From: Utricularia gibba | Lineage: Eukaryota; Plantae; Magnoliophyta | Direction of reading: 5' to 3' | DNA length: 64,000 bases | NCBI GenBank assembly: GCA_002189035.1 | Contig: NEEC01000016.1 | Location: forward strand, 310,001 to 374,000 | In this document: in pieces, positions 13,414 to 27,849 of the stretch | Position numbering within the stretch: position 1 is the stretch's first letter | How the letters are laid out: each line of letters begins with the position of its first letter | Translations under genes and position numbers: made by a program | Notes under the pieces: generated by a model | The model's input: only the letters and a program-made list of their open reading frames with translations | Told to the model about the DNA's origin: nothing | Databases searched by the model: none

Positions 13414-16119
13414 TCATATGTCCGTCAGTATCAGAGATGACACGATCACCACATATGCAAGAAAGAAAAACATGGCTATCTGGAAGAAGAACTTGGGGTT
13501 TTCCCTCATATTGGGCGAGGTCACAGACCTGTTGCGTCCCACTACTTGGTTCAGAGACCACAAATGAAGGGAATAGGAAAAGACCTCAGGTTGCGGGGAG
13601 GAGACAGGGAGGTAAATTACCTGGCGATGCGCTGAGAAAGGCGATGGAAAGGCAAGCTCTGAATGAAGACGATACCGGGTCCGGTGATAACTGCGGTCAC
13701 TAAATTGTCACCCTACAAAAAAGCAGATGCTTTTGAGTACGGAAATGAACACCTACATGCAGAGAAGAATTAAGGCGTATTGCAACTCATGGCAACTATC
13801 ACCCACCCTTGTAAACAACCTGCTGATTTGACCAACAAAACATTAAGGTCGACGACAGATAGATAGATTCTTACCCCAAAAACCACCCTTCTCATGGAGC
13901 TGTTGTACTTGATTTGTACATTTACTGAAGATGGTACTGCAACGATGCTGGCGATGTCCACTGTTAGAACTTCACCCACCTCGAGATTCTTTTGGACGAC
14001 TACCGAGCCAGCGAAAGATGAAAAGTAATCAAATTAGCATGCATAAAGCCCGCCAATACATATGCTTTGATTACTACCAACTAAGATCAGCAGCAAGTTA
14101 GGAGGGCAAAAACCATATAAAAATCAACGCTTGAGACTTAATTCACGCAAAACACTGACCATGAAAACAGTGATAGCTAATTTGACTTAAATATTTGGAT
14201 AAAATCCATACTTCGTTTAATGCATAGTTGACAACCTACTTAAAAAGCTAAGGATAAAGCATCAAGTGAGCGTTTACAGAATTATCATTTCATGTAGCCG
14301 GAGTGGTGTATTGTTCTGCGTTTCAGTGTATTAAGGTCCAATGAGGAAATAATTAACAACATACCCGAACCGCCACCAACTATGAAAGCAAGACCTTGAC
14401 CCGATATTTTCTGCCTCAAAAATGCCTGAAACATGACAATCCTTTTAAAATATCATACAAGAATTTGATACAATGCACATGAAGGCAAAATGGATCGGGA
14501 TATCTTCCCATCTGACCTCAGCAGTGGTGATCACATTGCGTGGTCTCTGGTCAACTGCATTAGTTACTTTGACATCATTAATTGAGCAAAGAAACGCATC
14601 TGGCTAAAAAAACATTTTAGAAAAAATCACACTTGGAACCACCGAGGTCAGAAAGCCAAGAATACATGAAATGGCATCCATATCACTGTTAATACCTGAC
14701 ACAACACTTCACCACCAAATAACGCTAAGTCAATCTGCATAAGAAGCAAACGAAAAATTAGCACCCCAAACAACAAAAGATACTTACTCACAGATCGTCA
14801 TGGAAACAACTGACTGGCAGTATTCTTGCCAAACTAGGCGCTGCAATTCCCACAAAACCATCTGTTACACCAGTATTGTATAAAACTATGCTGGAAATGC
14901 TCTTTCCGAGAAGCCATTGTAGCACCCCTGCCTCGTTTTCAGGTAGATAAACATTTTCCATTTGCACAGAACCTGACATGTAACACATAGAGCCTGCAGA
15001 AGAAACAAAGAATTTAAATTAATTTGATGATTCACGTATGGATAACAAGTGAAGAAGTAGAAGAAATTGATAAAACGGAGGAAGAAGATCAACAAGATCA
15101 GCTGAAAAAAGAAAAACGAAAACCATACAAATAAGCCGCCCATGGTCACAGCAATGATTAAACAACAGGATGAGAAAATGATGCATTCAGCACATTATTT
15201 TCATGTCCAGGGATTACAGCTGCAATATACATTACAGGCTACAGACAGCAGAATAATATTTGCATCCTGCAGAAGAAGGGTGCACTCGAATTTTCTATTA
15301 TATTTACAGTCTCACTCCTTTCAAACATCCTGCGACTATGATTTAAGAAGAGCCCCTCAGAATCTTACCAGGCTTTGCAGCAATTTTTTCTTGTGGCTTC
15401 AACATTATCTATTCAACATGATCAAAAGAGAGAATCTTGACTAAAATACAATCCAATCCTCAAAGAAAAAATAAAATAAAATAGACGACAAAAAAAAAAA
15501 CCTGAACTATTTGAGCTTCGCCACCCAAAATCTGGAAAGGTGTAACGGCATCTTGTGGGCTCTGAAAAAGAAATACTTAAGAGCATGTGAACTGGCATCT
15601 TCTCACAACCATTTATTTGTAATAACAGCACCTCTCCCATCTTTTACACGATGAACAGAAAGACTGATAACACTAAAATTAGAACACACAAAAATCATTC
15701 CATTTTAGAAAAGGAGATCAACTCCATGTTTCACCAGAAGGATTCAATTCCAAATTGCCACGACTCACAAATCTGAAAGAGCACCAGGCAACCAATCGCA
15801 TCACAAAGTAACATTTCCGCATCATAGCGATACCCATGATTTTAATCCAACAAAACTATCTATCTCTGGAACGCCCACCGATCCTAATTGAAATCCACGT
15901 CTTGCAACAGACCACCACCACTTTAATCCTGATCACTTTAAACACTAAATGAAAGCGATCAGCAGCCTATGCTTTGCTGAATTTACACATAGTCAAACTC
16001 CTACAACAATAAGGGAGCACAACAACAAAAAAGCATAACCAAGATTTGTGCAATGGAGAATCAGAGCATACCTGATACACAAAGGGCTGGAAAGGAGTTG
16101 AAAAGAAGGGAGAAGCCAT
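13414..16119 (-). CDS. AIM24 / tryptophan RNA-binding attenuator-like family protein, 10 exons
   Basis: MASPFFSTPFQPFVYQ|SPQDAVTPFQILGGEAQ..MCYMSGSVQMEN..PDAFLCS..GPGIVFIQSLPFHRLSQRIAR..SSLILTDI*. All junctions are GT-AG and in frame. Confidence 0.9.
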
Positions 16120-17144
16120 TAGGAAATTCCCGGTTCTGGCGGAATTAACAGGACGAGAGAAAGACCCAAAGAAAATTTGCAGGTTTTTCGTTTACAGTAT
16201 CGCTGCATTCGTTGCTTCATTCCTTAATTCTTTTATTTTTTTATTTTACAATTATAATTACAAATGCTATTTAAATAATATTTTCTTACTTTTTTTAATT
16301 CTGATTATATCGAATTTTGGTTTATTTTGCTTCTTCGGGGTGCTAACAACGGTAGAGTACTCGGCTTGTATTATCATCAAATAAATAATCATATTTATTG
16401 TTAGAAAAACAATAAACATATTAAAATTTATGATTTAAAATAGGTAAAAACTCGATTAATTATAAATAAATAAATTTTAAACCAATAATAATGATTTTTG
16501 ATATCGCATGGTAGACATAGAAATTTTTTTTTCTTCAAAATAAGGAATTGAAAATATTAGAATATTTATTAGGGCATTTTAGCCCAAGCAATAAGGTGAA
16601 TGCCACGTCAGAATGAGAATTTTTTAGGAGAATTTAGAAAAGTGGCTACTTTATGAGAGAAATATTATTAATTTTACCAAAGTTTGCTTAAAGTTAGGGA
16701 CACTTTCATGTAACATGCTATAATCTCATTTTGTTTCTTAGTATCTATTTGGTATAAATTATGAAAAATAATTTTTTAAAAAGCGATTGTGAAAAATGAG
16801 AAATTCAGATTTTGCCATTTTTTAAAAATAATAATTTTTAAAAATTTTTAATTTTTTTGAAGGATGAATATCTTATATTTGATAATAAATCATTTTTAAA
16901 ACGTTTTTGTTCTTACATTTCTTCAGATTCAGAAATTATTTTAAATGAAATCTTTTTCATGAAAACTTCAAACCTAAATAAGATATTTAGATTTTTATTA
17001 CAAAAATGATTATATATAATGAAATGGTGATGTGGAATAGACAAATTTAAAAAAAAAATTGAAAGAAGAGACCGAAGATGTACTAAAATGATAGGCGATC
17101 ATTGTTAATTTATTTCACACACTCTAGTTTAAATATTACACGTA

Positions 17145-17379
17145 GGTCTTGTTTTGTTGATGTATTTCAAGTATTAATGGGTTTAAATTATTTGAATTTA
17201 GCAAAATCCAAATATATGATTATAAAAATATTCATACTCCCCTTAGATATACATATACCTATATATGATATTATTATATGAGTATTATAATCTAAAGTAT
17301 AATTATACACATATACCAAACAACACAATTTTATTAAACCTATCATAAACAATCTTATACCCTCATATCAAACAAGGCC
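17145..17379. mobile_element. Tourist/PIF-Harbinger-like MITE (non-autonomous)
   Basis: The left end GGTCTTGTTTTG and the reverse-complemented right end GGCCTTGTTTGA form imperfect TIRs. GTA flanks both sides (17142-17144, 17380-17382) and the 235-bp interior is AT-rich. Confidence 0.6.
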
Positions 17380-17899
17380 GTAAGGTAATCATTGTTTTCA
17401 CATAATATTTAACTAAGCTGCTTTTCTAATTCATCCCTAAAAGGAGCTATAAAATGAGCTTGAATTGAAGAGCAGGAATCACTCACTAGCCTGTTCTGGG
17501 GGGAGGGGCCTGTGCTGGCTGCATTTCAAAGGAATGGTTGCATGTCGGGGCCCTTGGGGAATGCGACTCCACGGCACTGATAAATGAAGTAAACCCGCCA
17601 CGTCCCAGATCTTGATAAACAGGACCAAATATGACCTGCAACGTTGAAAAAGCTTGATCAAATGGCTTGCATGAATTCACTCTTTTGAGCTTCGGAAAGG
17701 CTGCAGGCTGCACTCTCTTCTTGGACATGCATCTCAGGGCTTCTTTACCTTCCCACGGTGCTCCAAAAGCCCTTCCTCCTCACATGTTGGAACGACATGG
17801 ATAGTAAGAGAATCCAAAGAAAGCTCGGCACTCGCAAGACTCTCTGGGGGATGGAACTCTACGACCACAGGGAAAGAACAATGACATGCGTGAATACAA

Positions 17900-18360
17900 A
17901 AGTACTGTGTGTTTCCTGATATCATTTAGAAATCCATCCATGATAAAGAATGTACGGATGATCAGATTTGTAAATAACATATGTTCTAGACAATTATGTG
18001 TCTAGACAAATAAACATGTACCATGTAAAAAATGTGGAATAAAAGTATTGAAATAAGTGGTTATCCCATATTATTAATTAAAATTGTTTTCAATTAGATT
18101 ATAAGAAAAGACAATCCAATAACTTTGATGAAGACTTGTGCATATGTAAAATTTAATTTATTAGATCGGATTAAGTTTCAGAAATTCCCCAAATCCAAAA
18201 TCACTATGCACAGTGCATATAAGTACTGTGTGTGTTTCCTGATATCATTTAGAAATCTATCCATGATAAAGAATGTACGGATGATCAAATTTGTAAATAA
18301 CATACTTTTCCGACAATTATGTGTCTTTGAAAAAGAACATGTAACATGTAAAAAGAATGT
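17900..18360 (+). repeat. Diverged direct repeat of about 135 bp (17900-18035 and 18221-18360)
   Basis: Both copies contain aagtactgtgtg..ttcctgatatcatttagaaatc..ccatgataaagaatgtacggatgatca..atttgtaaataacata. Confidence 0.9.
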
Positions 18361-19100
18361 TAATGTTAAATCCTAAAAAATGTTTTTTAAAAAAAACGAA
18401 AATAAAGTTGAATGATGGATTGAGGAGACTGACATGAAATGGGCGAGGTGATCCCACCTGGAAAGTGATTGCAGATGCGGGGGAGTTCTGATATCCTTTG
18501 GGTGAAGGCTTTTCGTGGTCCTGGCGTCCCCATCGTAGAAAAAATGCTCAATTATTTGCAGAAGAACAGGCCAAGTCCTGGGGTTCAAAGAGACTGCCCA
18601 CGACTGGTCGGTTGGATGTCGGATTGGGTGAATGCGACGCAATCAATGGCTGGCTGCTCCTCCGGCATTCATTTATTGCATTCCACCACCACCACCACCA
18701 CTCCTAGTGAGCCGGAGGATTGGATAAGCTGCGTGAAAACATAATATTGAAAGGATTAACTGACCGATTTTCTATTCGTTGCGGCGGTGCATTGCCGATA
18801 CAGATTTGTGAGCAGGCTCCGGCTCAGGGTTCGCACCTCTGTGTCGGTCAGCTGCGCTGTCCTGCGCTGCGCTGCTGTGGAATCAATGCTAGGGCTGGGA
18901 CAAGAATAGTAAATAAACTAGTGAGTTTAAAGCTATGGCTACAACCTGTGAGAGGAGGATGTTCTTGTTGTGAATGCCAGGTGAGATTGTGTGCATTCAT
19001 GCATTTTTAGCTGGCATTTCCCAATCTTAGCGCACATTCCTCCAGCTCGCGCACACTCTATACTTTGGCTGCCAACTCGCGCCGCTGAGAGCTGAAGTCC

Positions 19101-22100
19101 ATGTGGAACTCCGCGGTGGAGGCTCTGGCCGCGCGGTCGGAGTCGTTCAGGGAGAACGATGATGACGAGGAGGCACTCCGATGGGCGGCGATCCAGCGGC
19201 TGCCGACCTTCCGCCGCGTCCGCCAGGGGATCTTCCGAGACGGAATCGGCGACGCGAAGGAGGTGGATGTTAGAAGAATGGAGGCCGATGACCGGAAAAT
19301 TGTTCTCGATCGGATTATGGACTCCGTTGCCGGCGACTGGGAGGCGTTCTTCCGCCGAGTTCGCTCGCGTTTCCAGAGGTACGTACGTTCCCACGACGGT
19401 TTATTAACGTTAAAAAGCATATAATAATACCATAAAATCGTGTTTACGTGGAAACCGACTTCCTGAGTTCACTTTTTTTGGAGTCTTATTTTAAATTTAA
19501 GTCACTTTGTTCGATATGCCATATGATTATTCCTCTGATAATTAATTTATTCTTTTTTTCTTCTTTTTCAATAATTTACAAAATTTATAAAAATCAACTT
19601 TGGTTTTCAAATCCTACCCTTTGAAGTGTTTATCCATAGAAATAGATCCAATTTCAGATGTGTTGCATTTGGTTATTGAAATTGCCATTTGTTCAATATA
19701 TTATGATGAGTAGCATAAGATGCTCGTCTTGTGAGGCTGAAAGCCTGTTTCAGTTTATGTTTCAAAGTTGTTTACTGGCTGCAGCGTTGATCTGGACTTC
19801 CCCAAGGTTGAAGTTAGGTTTGACCATCTATCTGTAGAATCATTCGTTCGTATTGGAAGTAGAGCTTTACCAACAATACCCAACTTCATCCTCAATATGA
19901 CCGAGGTACTGGCAATGTTTGGAGTGCATTGTTGTGAAATGATATTTGGTTGTTAGCATCTGACATCTTCTTCAATGGCTTCCAATTTAAGGATCTGCTA
20001 AGAGGACTCAGACTGCATTCTGGTAACAGACAAAAACTGATGATTTTGGATGATATTAGTGGGATTATTCAACCAGGAAGGCCTGTGCTAATTCTTTTTC
20101 CATGTTTGTGTACATGATGTGAATATGTCTCATTTGACATATGCTCTTTTTTATAGGTTGACTTTATTGCTAGGTCCTCCAAGCTCAGGAAAGACAACAC
20201 TGCTGCTAGCTCTTGCTGGACGCCTGAAATCTGATCTTAAGGTAACCTTGCAATTTTTATGAGTTCCAACTGAGAATTTCATTACATGATAAATTTTGCA
20301 TGGCTTAAGGTGTCGGGAAAAATAACCTACAACGGGCATGGTTTGAATGAGTTTGTACCTCAAAGGACATCTGCTTATGTTAATCAACAAGATTGGCATG
20401 CTGGAGAGATGACTGTAAGAGAAACACTTGACTTTTCATCCCGTTGTCAGGGGGCTGGTTATAAGTATGGTAAGGTCAATAAAGTCTAAGAAGTTTCAAT
20501 AAGTCAGATCGAGGCTGACTTGTTTTTTTCAACTCTGATTCTGTAAAATGTTGCAGATATGCTACTGGAACTTTTGAGAAGAGAGAAAGTTTCCAAAAAA
20601 AAGCCCGATGAAGATCTGGATATCCTCATAAAGGTAGATTTAAGGGTGCTGTGTTATCTTTTGTCATTATGTAGCTATATGATTATTGGTAACAATCGTG
20701 TGGCGTACATGACTTCTTTTACTAATGCTTCCTGTATATTAAGTTCAGATACTACATTTGTGACAAGTTGAAACTGTGGCTTTCGGAAAATAGTTAATTA
20801 CAAATTTCCATCGCCCTTCTGTTCTCAACGTGGATTGTTATCCCAACTATTTCATCTATTTTTGGGTAAAGCAAGAAGTGATGAGTTTACTTATCTCACA
20901 GGCACTGTCTCTGGATGTGAAGGAGGCTGGCCTCTTAGTGGAGTACATTTTGAAGGTAAATTATGGAGGATTTTCCATGGATTAGCAGGCTAATTCTTAA
21001 AAAACTTGTCATGATCCTGCTGTTTTTCCTTTTTTTTTTATTAATTCTCCGTGGATTAACAAATAACTGCTAAAAGATTCTAGGATTGGACCTTTGTGCG
21101 GATACTCTTGTGGGTGATGAAATGATTAAGGGAATTTCTGGTGGCCAAAAGAGGCGTCTAACCACAGGTATAAATGCTAATATAAGCGAGCTAATGCATG
21201 CAAGGTTGTCTGAGGATAATCAAGATCATCGTATTCACTTGACAGGTGAAATATTAGTGGGTTCATCAAGGGTTCTACTCATGGATGAGATATCTAATGG
21301 TCTTGATAGTTCGACAACTTATCATATTATCAAGTATTTGAGGCATTATACCCGAGCTTTTGATGGAACAACTGTTATTTCTCTGCTTCAACCAGCACCT
21401 GAGACGTATGAGTTATTTGATGATATAATACTCTTGTCCGAGGGAAACATTGTATATCACGGGCCTCGTGAAGGTGTCCTTGACTTTTTTGCCCATGTGG
21501 GCTTCTTGTGCCCTGAACGGAAGAATGTAGCTGACTTCCTTCAAGAAGTATGTTTTTCCATGCATAGTTGCTCTAGGTTTTTTACACCTTATATTTTCTG
21601 AATGTTGCTTTTTCTAGGTTGTCTCGAGAAAGGACCAAGAGCAGTATTGGGCTTCCCTCAATCAGCCGTATGTCTATGTACCAGTTAAAAAGTTTGCAGA
21701 ATCATTCATCTCATACAAAACTGGGAAGAATTCCTATGAGGGGGGGTTGGGTTTTTCATTCGATAAATGCTATCCTGAAACGCTATCACCCTCTAAATAT
21801 GGTGTCAAGAAGATTGAGCTTCTTAAGATCAACCTTGACTGGCAACTTTTGCTCATGAAGCGAAACTTGTTTATATATGTCTTCAAGTTCATACAGGTAA
21901 ATCCGATACTCAAATTCTTTTTTTTTTTGTGGGAAATTTAACTTTCTAATTGACATCAAAATTGTTGTATCAACTTTCAGATTATTCATTCATTTCCTCA
22001 CTTCTCCCCATTGTACAAATTTTATCATGATTCATTAACAAGTTTTATATTGATAACTATTGAGTCAATGTACCACTGCAGCTCCTTCTGGTTGCAGTCA

Positions 22101-25100
22101 TTACAATGAGTGTTTTCTGCCGGACTACATTGCATCATGATACCATAGATGATGGTGGTCTGTACCTGGGAGTGTTGTATTTTTCCATGGTTATTATTCT
22201 CTTCAATGGCTTTACAGAGGTCTCCCTGCTAGTTTCCAAGCTTCCAATTCTCTACAAGCACCGGGACTTGTGCTTCTACCCTAGTTGGGCATATACGCTG
22301 CCTTCATGGCTCTTGAGTATTCCAACATCATTTATAGAGTCTGGCATGTGGGTGACAGTGACATATTATGTCGTGGGTTATGATCCAAATATTGCCAGGT
22401 TAACCAATATCTTTTGCTTCCTTGCCGTGTGCTGAAAATTGACAAATCTGTATCAACATTATACTCTACAGGTTTCTCAGGCAGTTCATGCTATTCTTCC
22501 TTTTACATCAAATGTCTCTATCTCTGTTTCGCCTGATTGGATCCTTGGGACGGAATATGATTGTTGCAAACACTTTTGGATCCTTTGCAATGTTGATCGT
22601 CATGGCACTTGGTGGATACATTATCTCAAGAGGTAAATTAGGCATCCAGTTGTCACCCTAATACATGGTATATACTTTGACAGAATCCATGTTTTGTCTT
22701 CATCTTTGGATTCGTGACAGATAGGATTCCTAGTTGGTGGATTTGGGGATTTTGGATTTCTCCACTAATGTATTCACAAGAGGCTGCTACAGTAAATGAA
22801 TTTCTAGGTCACTCATGGGATAAGGTACTTTGGGCACTTGCATTTGAGTTTGATCTCATGTTTTTGGGAGAACTTCCTTCATCTCATTAGATTAGTGTTT
22901 TTTTTTTCTGAGTTTTTTCTCAGTTCCGTAATTTCATTGAAGCACTTAATAAATGCAGGCAAGTGGCGGCAACTCAACCTTGTCATTAGGAAAGGCATTG
23001 TTGAACTCCCGCAGTTTGTTCCCAGAAATGTATTGGTATTGGATTGGGATTGGCGCTTTGACTGGTTATACCTTCCTTTTCAATGCACTCTTCACAGTGT
23101 TTTTGTCAAAACTGAACCGTAAGTCTATGCTCATCACTGATAAGTATCTGTGGCAGTGTTTCAGTCTAGATTCATTATGAAAACTATCTCGGAATGTACT
23201 TCTTGAAGCCTTAGGAAAGCGCCAAGCAATTGTTCCTAAAGAAGTACCTGATGATGGGGAGGAGATTAAGAGAGGAGAGCATGCCAGTATCCAGTTGATG
23301 GAATTTCTACAACACTCCGGCTCATTCAATAGTGAGTTTTGGTTACATTTACGTCTTATCAGAAATATTTCTGATGAAACAACTTTTTGAAGGTTTTTTC
23401 ACTTACATCTTATCAGAAATAATTCCTAATCAAAAAGGCATGGTTCTTCCATTCCAGCCCCTTTTCATGGCTTTCAGCAACATCAGTTACTACGTGGATG
23501 TCCCAATGGTAGGAATACTTATTTAATTTTCCAAAATGTTTGCTCTAGCATACTTTTGCTCATGCATTCTGACTTCTTCAGGAACTAAAGCAACAAGGGA
23601 TCGTAGATAATAAGTTACGGCTATTGAATAACATCACTGGAGCATTTAGACCTCATGTACTCACAGCGTTGGTTGGAGTAAGTGGTGCTGGGAAGACCAC
23701 CCTAATGGATGTATTAGCTGGTAGAAAGACTGGAGGAGTTATTGAAGGGAACATTAGTATATCTGGATATCCCAAAAAGCAGGAAAGTTTTGCCAGAATA
23801 TCGGGTTATTGCGAGCAAAACGATATTCATTCTCCTTGCTTGACTGTACATGAATCACTTCTTTTCTCAGCTTGGTTGCGATTGCCATCAGATATTAACT
23901 TGCAAACACAGAAGGTGCTGCTATTTTTTTTATTCATTCATTTTTCTATCGATCACTATATTGTCTTGAGGATTTTCTTATCATCAGGAATTTGTGGAAG
24001 AGGTGATGGAACTTGTAGAGCTTACTCCTTTAAAAGGGGCCCTGGTAGGTTTACCAGGAGTGGATGGACTATCAACAGAACAAAGGAAACGCCTTACTAT
24101 TGCCGTTGAACTTGTTGCCAACCCTTCAATAGTATTTATGGATGAGCCAACATCAGGATTGGATGCTAGAGCAGCAGCAATCGTTATGAGGACTGTCAGG
24201 AATATAGTTAATACAGGAAGAACAATCGTTTGTACGATTCATCAACCCAGTATTGACATATTTGAATCCTTTGATGAGGTACTGATTATCTGTCTTTCCA
24301 AGCATTTGACCTTAACCATTTTATTGCAATATTGAGAAGATGTATGTGTTTCGAAGTGCGCTTTCTGTGGTTGTTTTATTGTTGTACTAATATCATAACC
24401 TCCTCAGATTTAGAGCATTACTGCCTTTATATTTTTAAGCTTCTGTCGCCACTGATGTCTAGAACTCTTATATCAAGGCTCCGTCTTCCCATGGTTTTTT
24501 CTTGTAATTTAAATTTGTTTGCCATTGATATTCATTTCTTTCTGCTCTAGCTTTTATTAATGAAATGGGGAGGTGAGCTCATTTATGCTGGTCCACTTGG
24601 TCCTAAGTCCTGCAAACTAGTAGAGCACTTTGAGGTACTTAGTTTGACTTCCATGTCGTTCAGTCTATGTTGCTATAATGACGTTCTGATGTAAACTGTG
24701 CTCATATTTCCTCTGTTTAGAGAATTAACGGGGTACCTAGAATCACTCCTGGATACAATCCGGCTACATGGATTCTAGAAGTTACATCATCATCTGAGGA
24801 AATCCGTTTGGGTGTTGATTTTGCTGAAATCTACCGGAACTCTAAATTATACAAGTACGCAAGTTGTAATGTAGTTATGCTGGTTGCAATATCAGTTTTT
24901 GTTTGTCTTTTTCCTAAAATTTATGTAGCAGTCAAACATGAAATGCCTTATGCCTTTATGCTTTTGTATCCTTAGGATCAATAAGAGGGTGGTTGACAGA
25001 CTCAGCAAGCCACATATAGACTCCAAAGAAATAGAGTTCCCTTCTGCATATTCTCGATCATTTTTCGATCAGTTTCTGACATGCCTATGGAAACAACACC

Positions 25101-26144
25101 TATCTTACTGGAGAAACCCTCAGTATACTGCAGTCCGGTTTTTTTACACATTGATAATATCTCTGATGCTAGGAACAATATGCTGGAGATTCGGATCCCA
25201 AAGGTTCAAATGATTTCCTATGATACCTGAATGCTTAATCTCGGTTCAGTGCAAACTATTGTAACATAGCCTGAAGTTTTTTCATTGTTTTCTTATCAGA
25301 GATACACAACAGGACATCTTTAATGCTATGGGGTCAATGTATGCAGCAGTGCTGTTCATTGGTGTCACAAATGGGGCTGCAGTGCAGCCTGTTGTCTCTG
25401 TTGAAAGGGCTGTTTCCTATAGAGAGAGAGCAGCCGGAACATATTCAGCACTGCCATTTGCCTTTGCTCAGGTGATGGATAATCTTTGCACATCCCTTTG
25501 CTTCCCCAGGTTCTCTAACAATACTTCCCATGTGCAGGTTGCCATTGAGTTCCCTTATGTATTTGTACAATCTCTAATCTACTCCACAATATTCTATTCA
25601 ATGGCCGCCTTTGAGTGGGCGCCTTCCAAATTCCTCTGGTACATGTTCTTTATGTTCTTCACCATGTTATACTTCACACTGTATGGAATGATGACGACTG
25701 CCCTCACACCCAACCACAATGTGGCTGCCATCATTGCTGCCCCATTTTACATGCTATGGAACCTCTTCAGTGGCTTCATGATTCCTCACAAGGTAAACTT
25801 TCAAGACCCAACTTCAACAGAAGTTTAGAGTCGGTGGATTTTTAACAGAACAGAGCATTTGATCAATGCAGCGAATCCCAATATGGTGGAGATGGTACTA
25901 CTGGGCAAACCCAGTAGCCTGGAGCCTCTATGGCCTCGTAGCTTCACAGTATTCCGATAGCAACAGGCCGGTAAAACTCTCCAATGGTGTCGACTCCCTG
26001 CCGACAAATGTGTTAGTAGAAGAGGTGTTTGGATTCAGGCATGATTTCGTTGGTATTTCAGCGGTTATGGCTTCTGGTTTCTGCATTCTATTTGCTGTCA
26101 TCTTCGGTTTTGCTATAAGATCATTCAACTTCCAGAGGCGATGA
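19101..26144 (+). CDS. ABCG32: Full-size ABCG/PDR transporter, ABCG32 (PEC1) clade, cuticle formation; multi-exon, apparently intact
   Basis: [74 protein letters not shown] and terminal FNFQRR*. I traced the exons in frame. Confidence 0.93.
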
Positions 26145-26515
26145 GATGGTGTGGTTCAGGTAAATAAGGAGAACACAGAGCCCCTAGAGATCAGATCATC
26201 TTCTCTCATCTACTGGCAGAGCTGAAAACCTGCATCTGCCAACACCTTGCTGTATGATTTGATTGAGTTCAAGGAATGCTCCTAATAAAAAACACCTGGC
26301 CAACAATAAACCAAGTGAAACACTACTCCATTCTTCTGCTAATAGCTACACATGGAATATAAAGGAAAGAGGAGATCCCATCTCCATCAACTCCAGCACA
26401 TCGTAACAGGTAAAGTGGGATTGTGGAGTCGATACAAAAGTTCCTATCTGTTAGCAGCACCTCATACGTACACAGCAGCCCTTAAGGATCCATAGTGGGG
26501 AACAGTAAGTATTCT

Positions 26516-27700
26516 CTACCTAGCACCTTGTTCAAGAGGAGGTGCAGTCTTCCAGGACTCGCTTGATAGCGGTGGGAGAGAAAATGCGCTAACGGTGGAA
26601 CTCCCGCTTCGGATTTCTTTCAGAACCCGCAGTGCGGCCAGAGCGCTCTTCATGTGCATGCTCTTCATATGCTCTAAATCAGCAACATCCTTTGTTTCAT
26701 TCGTCAGACCAGTTTCGGGTGCTGAGCATATGGATGGCTCGTTGCTATCATCAGCCACTGACTCAGCTTCCGAAGTGTCGTGTGCAGGGAACATTTGGTC
26801 AAGCATTTTCTCACACTCTTTGACAAGCTTGTACAGCAAATCGGTTCTAAAGAAGGGCTCCTGAACGACCTTTTGAATGAAGGGGAGGCGGAGGAGGGTG
26901 CCGGTCCTCTTGTCATACTTCTTAAGTATTTTCACCAGTCCTGTGTGGTGAGCACAACAGGGGAAGAAGCTTTTCAGACTGATCACTTCCTTCACTCAGG
27001 GTCAATCTCACAGGCCACAAGGGTTGGGCAGAAAGAAGATTTACCAGTATAGTTAAGAGCACTGTAATTCTCCAACAGGATCATCTCTCCATGGAAGTCC
27101 ACAATTTCTCTTCGAATGGAAGCCATCTCATCCACCCCATCACTGAATCTTGCCACTCTATCCTGAAGTTCCTTTAAGAGAAAACATGCACATGCCTGAG
27201 TAACAACCAGCGAATGACATCGCAAACAGAAGATCACCACATTCCCTGCAACAGAACACGTTGAATCTAGCAACGCTTAGTTAGAGCAGACTAAGAAAAA
27301 TGGGCACTGTACTAAAACAGGTGTGGAAATAGCATCATCCTACGGTTGCAGCAGTAAAAATTCTCAGTCAAAATCGAGATGATGAAGAAACAAGAACAAG
27401 AAGACAAACCTTCAATCTAATGATGCACTCCTCTTCCTTCTCAACAAAAAAGCCGTTGAACTTCTCCAGCTCGTCTTCCAAAAGACGAACGAAATCAAAC
27501 TCCTCCTCCGTCATCATCCCCTTAATCCCGCCGCGGTCTTCAATCCTCCGCCTCTTCTCTGTCCTTCGGTCCTCAAGGTTCCGCGGCTTCGGCTCGATGA
27601 GCTTCAGGCGCTTCTTGAGCTCCTTGTAGGACAAAAACTTGTCTCTCCATTCCGGCAACGTTTCCTCGATTTGATTGCTCAAACTTTTCCCAAACTTCAT
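26516..27700 (-). CDS. SPX1: SPX-domain phosphate sensor (SPX1/SPX2 class), 3 exons
   Basis: MKFGKSL..WRDKFLSYKELKK, FNGFFVEKEEE, NYSALNYTG|LVKILKKYDKRTG. The symbol is class-level; I cannot separate SPX1 from SPX2. Confidence 0.93.
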
Positions 27701-27849
27701 CGCATAAGCCAGAATCTTCGTAAAAACAAAAAGAGGATGGGATCAAAAAGGGAATGAATGCAGTACGTGACGAATTTCCAGGAAATTTGCGGAAGAAGAA
27801 GAAGAAGCCGTCGGTGGTTTCCATACGTAATGACGGCGGTACTGTTTCA

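Noticed and set aside
16741-16990. Possible second MITE
   Set aside because: The end similarity is too degenerate for AT-rich DNA.
17900-18360. TRIM/mini-LTR interpretation of the direct repeat
   Set aside because: No TG..CA ends, no convincing PBS or PPT and no TSD. It is not a CRISPR-like array either.
18373-19010. Short ORFs upstream of ABCG32
   Set aside because: No family motifs or splice support; probably promoter or 5' leader.
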